DNA of 63,258 bases, filler included, from Saprolegnia diclina VS20 (Eukaryota): NCBI RefSeq assembly GCF_000281045.1. It is 3 parts of 2 records of this genome, joined end to end, with 100 filler letters (N's around TTAATTAATTAA, not from the genome) between each part and the next. Parts side by side here need not be neighbours in the genome. Positions count along the whole stretch, not along the records: positions 28,443 to 60,367 come from NW_008246070.1; positions 60,468 to 63,258 come from NW_008246071.1; 1 more part is not named here. One strand, written 5' to 3'. The position numbers were made by a program, and so were the translations under genes. This document shows, in pieces, positions 49,201-61,360 of the stretch. How positions within the stretch are numbered: the first letter of the stretch is position 1; each line of letters opens with the position of its first letter. Below the pieces are notes generated by a model. It saw only the letters and a list, made by a program, of their open reading frames with translations, ran no database searches and was not told where the DNA came from.

Positions 49201-52200
49201 GCGAGTAGGTATGTGTGGGTCACCAACACCAAGTGGGCCAGTGTGCACCCGGTCGCCGTCGACGTGGTCGGCAACGTAGCGATCTGCATGAAGCGCACCG
49301 ACGACTTTGAAGATGACGTGCTCGACCCGCCCGTGATTGTGGCAGAAGTGAGTCTTCAGGAAGACGGGAGCAAGCTCATTCACTTGCACTCGCAAGTGCT
49401 TTTGCGCAACGAGACAGCAATGCCGCTGCTTCTCTGGGGCTTTTCGCCGCCGGGCCACGTGCACGAGTGGGTCGTCGACCGCGACGCAACGTCGTACGTG
49501 CCGCTGCACCTCATTCACCCGGACGCGCGCATGAGCTTGCGGCCGTCGACGGACGCCGATTACGCGCCGCTCGCGTCGTCGTTTAGCGTGTTTGAGGACG
49601 ACATCAAGAGCGCCAACTTGAGTTTCACGTCGGCCAAAAGGCGCTTTGTCAAGGCCGGCACGTGCGTGTGCAGATTTCGCCAAGACCACGGCGTCAAGCA
49701 GCGCGAGCTCGAGAAGCAGTTGCTCCCGGGCTTCCTCGTGCGCGATCTCCCCGCGTGGCAGTGCGTCTACGACGTCGATGCGTTTGTTCTGCTCAACACA
49801 TCGGTCGGCAGCAGCAGCGGCAGCAGCAAAGTGACCCACCGCCGGCTCTCGACCGCGAGCAGCTTGCACGACGACGAAGCCACGGTGGTCGATGACGATA
49901 CGTCGACCATCTTTGAAGAGGCGCCGACGACGCCCGGGCCCAAGAACAACACCGCGGCAGTGGACGTCCTCGAAGAAGCCAAGCACGCCAAGCAAGGCCA
50001 GAGCGGCGGTGACCCGATTTTCGCGCATATTTTGACGCTCAAGCCGTACTTGACGCTGCACAACCGGCTCGCGTCGCCAGTGGCGTACCGCGTCTTGGCC
50101 CAGAGCCTCCAGCTCGTACGTAGTTTGCAAAAGTCGTACAACTTGACACGTTGTTGGCGTAGGTGGCAGAAGGCATTCTACCGGTGGGCGACACGCTCCC
50201 GCTCTTCCAGGTCAACTGCGCCGAGGACGTGTTTGTGTCGTTCCGGATCGAAAATTACAATTGGAGCGAGCCGTTCAACGCCGTCGCGAGCAAAACCGCG
50301 ATTCCGTTCAAGGAGACGATCGACAGCATTGCGCTCAAAGGTCGCGTCTTCCCCGACAACAGTGCTTACAAGGACACGCAAGGTACGCGCTTGATACATT
50401 GATACATGTTGTCGACGTTTGTAGGACGCGTGCCGGAGCTGCAGCTGCGACTCAAGCGTAAGGACCGCGATATCGTCGTGTACAGCGGCCTTTGGGTTGT
50501 GAATCACACGGGTCTGCCGCTCGAGTACTGCGACGCGCTGAGTCGCAACCCCAAGACGCTTGAGGCGGTAACAACGTACCTCCACGCGCGGCCTGGCATG
50601 TCGGCGGCAGCGCGCTTCCTCCCGCGCGCGTCGGCGTCCAAGCGGCGCAACCTCGTGAGCCCCAACGCCTTTGTGTCGCCGGTGCACCAGCAGGCAAGGG
50701 ACGACGAGCTCCGGCTGTTTGAGAAACCGGCGCTGATCGTGCCCGTGGGCTTGTACGTGGTCGTCGAGTCGGCGAAAGATCTCTTCAATTCGCACAAGTA
50801 CTGGGGACACCAGAGCCCGTACGTGAAGGCGTCGCTCCTCATCCCCAAGCAGGATGCCAAGACCAACAGCTTGCTCGAGAGCTTGTTTTGCACTGCGCGG
50901 ACGCGGCCGGTTGTGAGCGGCGGCCTTGCGCCCATCTTTGGCCACGAACACAACAACACGCTGTACCTCGACTTTCCCAAGGACGTGCTGCACTACCAGC
51001 TGCCATCGGCCAGCGTCGTCATTGAAGTGCGCTCAACATGGCTCGACACGAACCTCGGCATTTGTATGCTCCGTGCATTTGTCTTAGTGTCTTATTGTGT
51101 CGTGTCATGTAGTGACCATTCCGCTGCTGGACGTCCTGAGTCGGCGCGAGTTTTACGCTGGTTTCGAGTGGCACGACCTCACCAAGCGCAAGGTGTCGCG
51201 CCGCGCAACGACGACCGGTGTCGTTGGGCGCATCAAGCTCTCGATCTCGGTCGCCACCATGCACCAGATGCCGTCCGAAGACCAGCCGTCGTGGGGCACG
51301 ATCGCAACGACGCCCCGGGGTACAATGGCCTCGTCGTCGTCGTTGCCACTCGTACCGCTGCTTCGCCCCACGCTATCGGACGCGCCGTTTGAGCTCACGG
51401 TGTACCTCTCCACGAACCGGTTCACGTCGGTAGAGCTCTCGGTGCTGCCGTCGACGACGCTGAGCGACGTGATTCAACAAGTGCTGTGTGTCGGCGGGCT
51501 CAGCGCCGGCTCGACGATCGTACTGTCGGACTATGTGTTTTTTGAGCTCGTCTTGCCGCGCTTCGTCTCGCTGCGCAGTGCAGGTCGACCGGAAGGCGAC
51601 CGGTGGTACGGCCACATCCTCACCGACATGGAGGCGCCATTGGGCAACCTTGGGCGCAAGCACGGTTTGCACCTCTGCCACCGCATTGCGATGAACACGC
51701 TGCGGCTCTACGACGAAAGCAGCACGGCCAGCGTCCACCACAGCACGCCGCGCGCGCTCGTCTTGAACCGGCAGCAGTCGTTTCCAGCGCAGTCGCGTCC
51801 GGTCGAATGGGGCGAAGTCATCAACTTTGGGTCGCGCTCGAGCAGCGTGAGCAGCCACTGGGACGTTCTCCGCGTGCGCACGGGCCGCTGCAGCTGGTCC
51901 GAGCCCGTCCGCATCCATCGAAACGCAATGGGCAACTCGGGCGTCGCCCAACAAATCACGCTCGTCGATAGCAGCGCGGTTGGAGCAGTCAAGCAGTACG
52001 AGCTCGCGCTGTGGAGCGCGTACGGCAGCGGTGTGTTTGCCGACACGATTGTGACAACCCTCGTTCCGCGCTATGTGCTCATCAACCGCACGTCGTTCCC
52101 GCTCTGGTTTCGCCAGCACAAATGCAGCGTGGTCTCGACGCTGCCGTTGCAGTCGCTGCAGGCGTACCACTGGGACAAGGCCGACGAGCCCAAGAAGAGC

Positions 52201-55200
52201 CTCGAGGTGACGTTTGCCTCGAGCGAGATGGAGTGGTCTGGGCCCTTTGCGCTCCACTCGCTCGGCACGACGTACCTCAAGCTCCGCGGCAAGGACGACC
52301 CGCACGCGATCTACATTTTGCAAGCGCAGCTCGAGCTCGTCGGTGGGTCGATCGTCTGCGTCTTTTGCGACGAGAGCAAGCGCTGGCCGCCGTACCGGAT
52401 CGACAACTTTACGTCGTTCCGGCTCCACTTTCACCAGTCGCACTGGCCGGACGACATCTGGGACGAGGTCGGTCCGCGGAGCTCGGTGCCGTACTCGTGG
52501 GACAGCCACGAAGGCAGCTTGTCTGTCTCGGCCGACGGAGCGCAGACGCACGTGCTCGAGCGGTTCCTGGAAGTGCGGTTTATGCAAGTGTCGTCGTCGC
52601 TCTCGTCCGTCGACGCGTCGAATGCAATTGTTGACACGAAAGAGTACAACTTGGACGCGATGCAAAAGCACAAGCGGCTCCAGCTGACGCGGTCGCTGCC
52701 GGCGTCGCTCTTCAACGGCGGCTGCGCGCGCGAGGGCCTCCTCCTCAAGAAAGACAATGCGTTCAACTGGAGCAAGCGCTACTTTCGCGTGCACGAGCAC
52801 ATGGTCTACTACTTTTTGACCGACACGGACCACGCGCTCCGGGGTGTCATCGATCTCGGTCTCGGGTCGTCGATCGCCGTCAAGGGCTGGGCCAAACCGA
52901 CGCGCAAGCCGTCCACTTCGTCGATGAACCCGCTCCGGTCGGTCTCCAAGTCGATCTCGGACACGCTCTTTGGCGAGGACAAGTCGTCGACGGATCCGTT
53001 CTTGAACATTGCACTCAAAATGCAGTCGGTCGAGTTTGCCGTGTGGCTCGCATCGCTCATCAAGCGCACATTGTGGCTCGAAGCCAAGGCCACCGAATGG
53101 CTCAAAGCGCTCGCTGCGACCGACTTGACGCCGACGCAGCTCTTTTTAGCGGCCGGAAGAGACATTGTCCAGCTCATTCTCGACGAGGACCTCGCGCCGT
53201 CGCGCAACCACGCAGGCGCGACCGCACAGCACCTGCTGCAGTGCGGGATGCTCATGGTGTGGAACCCGCCGCCCGACATGGACGTCGACAACATTGTGTT
53301 TGAAGACAGCGATGTACTCTACCGCGTCTCGATTCCGACGCCGCCGCCGACGCCCAGCACGACGTTTACACTCTTGACACCGAGCAAGTCGTATGTGCTC
53401 CGGACCGAATCGCACGAGGAAACGCGGTTGTGGTGCGTCGCGCTCCGGCAAGCGATCGTCCTCGCAATGGACTTTGTCCACGAAGCGTCCCGCCAACGCC
53501 ACGAGAAAGCCCGGCCGCGGGATAACGAGAAGGCCGGCGCGACCACCAAGACGTACGTGCACGCGCGGGTCCGTGCCGACGGGCCGACCAAAGTGCTCGA
53601 GCTCACCGAAGGCGGCGAAGAGGACGATGACGCCGGGGCCCGCGATGCCTCGAGTCTGCGCGCGCTTGACGAGAGCTCGTCGTCGATGGCACCGATAGCG
53701 CCGAGAAGTGTCTCGCTCTTCCAGCACGTGACGGTGCAGTGTACGCTCCACAGCGTCGGCCTCTCGTGCGTGAACGCGACGCCCATGGAGGTGCTCTACG
53801 TGAGTCTCCAGGGCCTCACGTGCTCGTTCCTGCGCCACGAGACCAAAATGCAGTTTGCGATCACGGTCCGCGACATTCAGGCCGACAACCAAGTGCCAGA
53901 TGCAACGTTTACGACGATGCTGTGCCCGAAAGAGGTGGCGGCGTCCGATGACGCGCCGGCGTCGTTCCACTGCGACGACTGCCGCGCGGAGCACCCGTCG
54001 GCGGCTGTTGCATTCCACTTTTGCTGCGGCTGGTCCAACGAGCAAGGCTCGACCGACTACTTTGAGTACTGTTCGTTCCACTTGCTGCCGATGATGGTGC
54101 AGCTCGACGAAGAGCTCGTCTCGGTGCTCCGCAGCTTCCTCATGCAGGTACGCAGAACGTACCCGCTTCGCCTATCACTGTCCTGTCTTGTAGGTGATTT
54201 ACCAGCAGCAAGGGGCCGCGGGGCAAAAGTTTCTCAACCACTCGACCATGGACGTGGCGCCGACGTTGAGCGCGCGGCAGGTCGCAGTCGACTTTAAGGC
54301 GTGCATCGAGAGCTCGGAACTCGACCCGCTCAACAACTTGAGCTTGCTCGAGAGCGCAACGACGTCGACGTCGCTTGAGCGCAAGGTGTACTTTGCGCTT
54401 CTGCACATCCACCCCGTCGAGCTCGACTTGACGTTCCGAAGCGACGTGATTTCGGGCTCGCGCATGCTCCAAAACTCGATCAGCACGACGCGCAACGAAC
54501 TGAGCTACGAACACGGCGCGTCCGACGGTACATGCAGTCTGTTTGAATGGCAGCTCATACAACGGCGTAGACGACGGCGGCCACATGCAAGAAGCGGTCG
54601 CGGCGTGGATCCCAAGCTTGAGCATGCACGTACCCGACTTGGACAATGCGCCGATTCGCCTCAATGCACTCATCGTCGAGCACGCGTTCGGCACGAGCGG
54701 AGAAGTGACGCGGCGCGTGACCAAGTACTACACGCGACAGCTCTGGAAGCAAGTGCACAAGGTTCTCGGGTCGTTCGACTTTTTGGGCAACCCCGCGGGC
54801 TTGCTCGACCACCTTGGCACGGCGGTACATGTCATGCATCGACCTGGACGGCATTGACGAGCTGCTGTAGGTGCGCGATCTGATTGTCGAGCCCATCCAA
54901 GGCGCTCGCACCGGCACCGGCATCACAGGCACGGGCGTTGGCTTTGGCAAAGGTCTGGCCAAGGGCGCCACGTCGTTTGTCACCAATTTTATTGATGGCA
55001 CGTCCGACGCGACGTCCAAGGTCACGGGCACCTTTGGTCAGGGCCTCGCGACCATGAGCTTTGACGACCACTACCAGCAAGCCCGGGCCAAGGCCCGCCG
55101 CCGCCACGTCCGCGGATTCAAGGAAGGTTTGATTCAGGGTTCGCGGGAGCTCACGCTCGGTATGCACTCCTCTCGTCCCAAATGGCGTCTCTAAGATGTA

Positions 55201-56886
55201 CGACTAGGTATGGTCGAGGGCGTCACAGGCGTTGTGCTCAACCCGATCCGCGGCGCGCAGTCGGACGGTGCGGTTGGCTTCTTGAAGGGCACGGTCACCG
55301 GTATTCTCGGTCTCCCGATGAAGCCTGTTGCGGGCGTCTTTGACTTTGCGTCGCGCGCGACCCAAGGCATTCGCAACCGGTCGCTCGCGTATGGCCGCCA
55401 AGGGCTCCGCGTGCGCCTCCCGCGCGTCTTTGGCCGCTACAACGAATTGCGCTGCTACAAGGAAGAGGACGTGGCCGCGCACCTCCTCGTGTCCAAGACG
55501 GGCACGAACGAGAAGATCATCTACCACGCACGCGTCGAGCAGCACGTGGCCGCGGACCAGCTCGCTCGCAAGGCCAAGTTGGCGCAGCAGACGCCGCCGT
55601 TTTTGCCATTGCACCGCCACGTCCTTCGCATGGAGCGCTTTGAGAGCGCGACCGACGTCGACGAAGGCGGCGCCCGCGCGACGTACGCGGTTGTCTTCCA
55701 AAAGAAGGCACTCGGCCTCGAGCTCGAGACCGACTTTTACAACGAGTGCGTCATCATCAAGACGTGTCTCGACAAGTCGAGCGTCCAATCAGCGACGACG
55801 ACGACGCGCAGCGTAACCCAAAAGCTGCTGCAGCCCGGCGACATCCTCGTCATGATTGGCGACGTCGACGTCCGCCGCATTGGCTTTCGAGAAACCATCG
55901 ACATGATCAAGGGCGCGGCGCGGCCCGTCACGATCACGTTTGAGAGCGCGGACGTGCTCGCGACGCAGCGCAATGCGTCCGACTCGGACAACGACGACGA
56001 CGAAGACGTGGGCAAGACCTTTGTGTACTCGCCGTCGCCGTCATTTCGGAACCTCCCGCCAACGCCGTCGGTCTACGCCAAGCTCAAGGTCACGCAGGTG
56101 CACTGGGTCATCATCACGGACACGCGCGTCTTGTACGTGCAGTGGGCCCCCGAGGCGTCGTACGCTGACGCGTCCCTCGAGTGGTCGGCACCGCTGCAGT
56201 ACATCCACAGCATCGACGTCGAGAAGGGCGACGCGATCCGCTTGCACCTCCGCGTCGGCGTCAACAGTCTCTTCACAGGCCCGCTCAGTCGCCCCGAGTG
56301 GCGGCACGAGACGCCAGCGGCGATCGATGCGATGAAGACGTTTGCGTCGGTGATGCGCCACAGCTTTCGGTCCGAGATGGCCGATGTCCAAGAGGTCTAT
56401 CCGTCCGACACGTCGTTCTCGGGGAACCTCCGCGTCGGCTTTGGCACGGGCAGCAAGCGCCGGCGGTGGGTTGTGCTCTGCCGCAATTGCGTCTACCTCT
56501 TTACGCCCCACTCGCCCCGCGTTCTGCGCTACATTGTGCCCTTGGGCCGCATGGCGCTCGTGAAGGGCGCGACGCCCCTCACGTGGACGCTCAACGGGCT
56601 GTTGCCTGGCGAAGCGCTCCAGTTTTGCTCGGTCGATGGGCCCGTCGTCGGCCAGCGCATGGATCTGCACGTGCACATGGTCGCCGAGAAGCCCGAGGAC
56701 GTCGAGATGTGGGTCTCGGCGCTCACGCACGCGGCCGGGAAGGGCATGCGGCATTCGAAGGGCACGCGGTTCTACGCGCCGTCCGAGGCGACGACGCTCA
56801 CGATCGGGTGCCACGAAGCCAAGCCGCACATTGTCGACAGCCTTGCCGACGCGCTGCGCAAGACGCTCGCCGTCTTCAAGGCCTAG
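43262..56886 (+). CDS. VPS13: VPS13-family bridge-like lipid-transfer protein with inserted signalling domains (multi-exon)
   Basis: Chorein-N start (LLGKFL..QLELSIWDGD), YFNNSIYRWEPLIEPF, VAB/SHR-BD (LVPRYVLINRT, WSGPF, PPYRIDNFT), VPS13-C (DIQADNQ, LHIHPV, APIRLNAL, LGSFDFLGNPAGL), ATG2-C-like amphipathic region and RVRLPR. Confidence 0.92.
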
Positions 56887-57032
56887 TGTTAGGACCTCGA
56901 ACGAATGTATTTTCTATATCTTTTCACTCGCGCCAACGACGGACCGTCCGACAGGATCGACGCCATGCTTAGCTCTTCACCATCTTGATAACAACACTCA
57001 TCTCAGTACGTAGTTAGTAGACATCCAAGCTG

Positions 57033-58429
57033 CTAGTACGTCACGTCACTGCGGGCAATGAGGTCGAGAACCGCGGCCGAGAGCTTGTCGTAGTCGGACG
57101 CTTGGTTGTACATTTGCGCAGCAATGCGAATGCCGGGGGTCGTCGGGTCGCAGAGCATGCACATGGCTTCGATCTGATAATCGCGTCGGAGGAGCAAGTG
57201 CAGCGTCAGCAGCGCGTGGCGGAGCAGCGTCGAGTTCTCCGCAATCAGCGGAAACGCAAAGAGGCGCGATGGCAGCACGACGACGCAGAACGACCCGACG
57301 AGCTGCGTATCGTCAACAAGCAGAGACGTCTCCCACGCGGCGGCGACGGTCTTGGCGGCGCTCACGCAGAGCTCGTGGTTGCGCTGCATGAGGGCATCGC
57401 CGCCCATTGCGGCGTGAAAGGCCAGCGACGCGGGCACTGCAAGCCACGCCGAGTAGTCGAGTGTGCCGAGGTAGCCAAACTCGGCGCCGTACCCGCCGCC
57501 GTACCCGTGGCTCACGACCGACGGCTGGACGCGCAGGGCCCCTTGGCGCTGGACGTCGCGGATGTAGAGGAACGCGACCGACTTGGGCGCGAGCATCCAC
57601 TTGTGCAAATTGGAAATGTAAAAGTCGGGCTGCAGCGCCGTTAGGTCGATGGGCACTTGGCCGATCGCGTGCGCGCCGTCGACGATGGTGAGGATGTTGC
57701 GCGCGCGGCAAATGGCCAGAATCTCCTACGCGTGGCTTCTGTGAGCAGTGCGAATGGCAGCCAACAAGGTACCTCGATCGGGAGGATGATGCCGGTGCTG
57801 CTCGTAATGTGATCGACGACGACAGCAGTTGCCGACGGCGTCGCGTCGAGCGTGCTGCGGAAGGCGTCGAGGATGCGCGCGTGTGTGTAGGGCCGCGACG
57901 TGGGCACGACAACGCTGCGGGCACCCGAGGCGGCACACACTTGGGCGATCTGCAGCGTCACGGCGCCGTAGCCGAGGTCGAACGACACAATCGACGAGGT
58001 CGGCGTCAGCGGCAGTGAGCGCAAGACGCTCGTCGTGCCGGACGACGCGTTGGGCACCAAGTGCACGTGCATTGGCGGCACCTCAAGGTGCGCGGCGAGG
58101 ACCCGGATGACGCGCACGAGGCGTGGCCCGAGGTCCTCGAAAAACTTGAGGGGCTCTCGCTCTTGGAGTGCAAGGTACGCGCTGCGCACGGCTAGCACCG
58201 GTGTCGCGCAGGCGCCGCAGCTGCCGTGGTTGATCATCGTGATGGCCGGGTCGAGCGTAAAGAGGCGGTCTTTGGTCACGTGGCCGTACGCCACGTCGCT
58301 TCGCTTGAAGGACGCAAGGTCCGCGTCAAAGTCCACGGGCGATGGCGGCGCGTACGACGCATCGTCGGCGCGCAGGTCCGCTTCGATGGACGCGAACGGG
58401 TTCCGGTGCTCGACAATGGGCAGCGGCAT
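57033..58429 (-). CDS. Class-V PLP-dependent enzyme (L-cysteine desulfhydrase / isopenicillin-N epimerase / Egt2-like C-S lyase); one intron near 57726-57772
   Basis: INHGSCG, NASSG, DHITSSTGIILP, VDGAHAIGQ, DFYISNLHKW (PLP-binding Lys), GTLDYS. Confidence 0.88.
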
Positions 58430-59027
58430 GTCAAATCAGAGACTGGTCGCTGTCTTGCACAAGTGCAATCTATCCGGATAACGATTATCCGGACACTCAA
58501 CTTCAACGAGGAAGCTCGTTGAAGCGCGATCGCATCGCCAAGAAGGGCTTGGAACCAAATGTGTTCCATAGCGGTGCACGGTACGAGTTAGAAGCTATAC
58601 AAGCAGCTATACTAGCATATACGCGTTACGTCATATCCACGAACCACCACCGATAGCCCAATCCAATCTGCAGCCCTCGCCACGTCTACGGGACCACCCG
58701 CTTGACGAACCATCGGGCGGTGCCATCTTGGGACAGCACGCATTTCGAGTGCAGAAAGCCGTCGCGTCCCATGCGCAAGGTCAGAGATCTGCTGTAACTG
58801 CTTCTGACAATTTCAACTGTCTTCAGTTCATTTGTCTGCGCTTTCTACAGCCTTATACCGACTTTGCGACGGCAGCTATTATTACGGCGCAACCAACAGC
58901 TCCAAAGGGCGTGTGCAAAAATAGAGGGGTTTCGCTCTCAGAATAACACAGTTTTGCGCAACCCACTCAGTTTGAAAACGACCAGCTGCAACCACGTGCA
59001 AGCGCCAGAAAGGCAGACTTGAACTCG

Positions 59028-60367
59028 ATGCGTGGACTGGCATTCTGGGTGCTTTGGGCCCTCGAAGTTCGTGTCTTGCACAACGTTCTTGCGCTTACGG
59101 AACGNNNNNNNNNNNNNNNNNNNNNNNNNNNNNNNNNNNNNNNNNNNNNNNNNNNNNNNNNNNNNNNNNNNNNNNNNNNNNNNNNNNNNNNNNNNNNNNN
59201 NNNNNNNNNNNNNNNNNNNNNNNNNNNNNNNNNNNNNNNNNNNNNNNNNNNNNNNNNNNNNNNNNNNNNNNNNNNNNNNNNNNNNNNNNNNNNNNNNNNN
59301 NNNNNNNNNNNNNNNNNNNNNNNNNNNNNNNNNNNNNNNNNNNNNNNNNNNNNNNNNNNNNNNNNNNNNNNNNNNNNNNNNNNNNNNNNNNNNNNNNNNN
59401 NNNNNNNNNNNNNNNNNNNNNNNNNNNNNNNNNNNNNNNNNNNNNNNNNNNNNNNNNNNNNNNNNNNNNNNNNNNNNNNNNNNNNNNNNNNNNNNNNNNN
59501 NNNNNNNNNNNNNNNNNNNNNNNNNNNNNNNNNNNNNNNNNNNNNNNNNNNNNNNNNNNNNNNNNNNNNNNNNNNNNNNNNNNNNNNNNNNNNNNNNNNN
59601 NNNNNNNNNNNNNNNNNNNNNNNNNNNNNNNNNNNNNNNNNNNNNNNNNNNNNNNNNNNNCGCATGTCGGGCCAAGGCCTCGGCCGGTGCACGCCGACGC
59701 ACCGCATGTCGGGCCAAGGCCTCGGCCGGTGCACGCCGACGCACATCAACCCCGAGGTCTGGACCAGTGGCAAGCTCAGTACGCTCAACATCTACGCCAA
59801 CGAGACGGCGCCAACGACCAACGGCTACAACGGAGTGTACGTCAAGACATATGGTTTTTCTAACGTTCGAAATCTGACGTGGCACGTCCAGGACGGGCCT
59901 GTACACGCTCACTGCCAACGTCCAGGAGGCGCTTAAGGGAACGACGTCGACCAAGGGTATGACAGCTGGTCAATCGACTAGTTATACTGCGTATGAATGG
60001 TAATTGTGTAGGCACCTTTTCGAGACCGTATTCGATCGACTTTTGGCGCGATTTTCTCTGGAGCGAACAAGTCATCAACTTCTTCGGCTACACGAACGCG
60101 CCCAACCGAAACCAGATCTCCAAGAAAAGCGCGTGTGCCGACAACTCGTTTGGGTGCATGAACGGCTGCTCCAAGTCCCACGCGTGCACGCTCGCCGAGG
60201 CCCAAGGTACACCATACAAACCGACATCACACTTGGTTCTCACATACTGGGCGCCTCTATCTAGGCAAACCGTGTATGTTGGTTGCGATGATGGTCGCAT
60301 CGTACGACCCGGGCTACTTTCAAGCGCTCATGGCCAACAACAACATTCCCGCGTACTTTTGCTTTGG
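59028..60367 (+). CDS. Gapped, spliced gene for a Cys-rich extracellular domain (possibly a solute-binding-type ectodomain of an oomycete receptor); partial
   Basis: Hydrophobic start MRGLAFWVLWAL. After the gap: GRCTPTHINPEVWT, YSIDFWRDF, CADNSFGCMNGCSKSHACTLAEAQG|KPCMLVAMM..YDPGYFQALMANNNIPAYFCF, joined by short GT-AG introns. Confidence 0.55.
59661..59744 (+). repeat. Exact 42-bp tandem duplication at a gap edge (likely assembly artefact)
   Basis: CGCATGTCGGGCCAAGGCCTCGGCCGGTGCACGCCGACGCAC occurs twice, directly after the N run. Confidence 0.85.
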
Positions 60368-60467
60368 NNNNNNNNNNNNNNNNNNNNNNNNNNNNNNNNN
60401 NNNNNNNNNNNTTAATTAATTAANNNNNNNNNNNNNNNNNNNNNNNNNNNNNNNNNNNNNNNNNNNN
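60368..60467. other. Artificial assembly spacer N44-TTAATTAATTAA-N44
   Basis: Exactly 100 nt with the linker at 60412-60423. Confidence 0.95.
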
Positions 60468-61360
60468 GGGCGCACCAACGTCGGCAAGTCGACGCTCTTC
60501 AACCGCCTCACCAAGTCCCGGGCCATCGTGCACAACGTGCCGGGCACGACGCGTGACCGCCGCTTTGGCATCGTACGCGCACAAGCTCTTGCGTCTTGCT
60601 CATGCAATGTAGGGCTACTTGGTCGGCCTGGAGTTTGATGTGATCGACATGGGCGGTCTCGCCGATGCACCCACGGGCAGGTAGACTTCGCAGTGTCCAA
60701 TGGACCGTGGTCTCATGTGGCTCTAGCTTAGCAAGGCATATTGTCGCAAACCGAGCGCGCACTCCATGAAGCCAACTTGATCTTGTTCTTGGTCGATGGG
60801 CGCGAGGGAATCACGGAGATTGACAAGCACTTTGCTCGGTACTTCGTCTTGCTGCATGCGACGCCCAATATGCTCAAACAACGTAGCTGGCTGCGCAATG
60901 TCGTCCCCAAGACGCCGATCCATCTGATCGCCAACAAGCTCGAAGGCGACGCGACGCGGTAGATACCCAACATTCACGAGTGCCACACACTGGGCATGGG
61001 TACAACATTTCGCGTGCGCTTGTGCTCGTGGCCAACAAGTCGGACCTTGTCGAGAACGCAGCAGCCGAGATCGAGCGCATTCGCAAGGAGCTTGATGGGT
61101 CGCTCGCCCAGGTATAGCGGTTCCACGTTTGTCGCTGACGTCGTACGCTACTACTGTAGAAGGTCCGTGGTGTGCCCGTAGTACATATCAGTGCACTCAC
61201 GGGCGTCCGTGGTCTTCTCCCCGAAGTGTAGGTTGGTCGATATCACAGCCTGTTGCTTACGCCGGCGTGATGCCACCCTGATAGCATCGAAGCCCACAAC
61301 CGGTGCGACTTGCGCGTGACCACAGGTCGCCTCAACCGGTGGCTCGCGGCCATGGACCGC
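60468..61360 (+). pseudogene. Internally deleted, truncated Der/EngA double-GTPase copy
   Basis: GD1: [36 protein letters not shown]. It then jumps to the GD2 end (LVANKSD, VHISALTG) and the KH start (RVTTGRLNRWLAAM), after which the homology stops. Confidence 0.75.

Noticed and set aside
59661..59744. Exact 14-aa tandem repeat RMSGQGLGRCTPTH
   Set aside because: A perfect duplicate abutting an N gap, typical of contig-end overlap artefacts.
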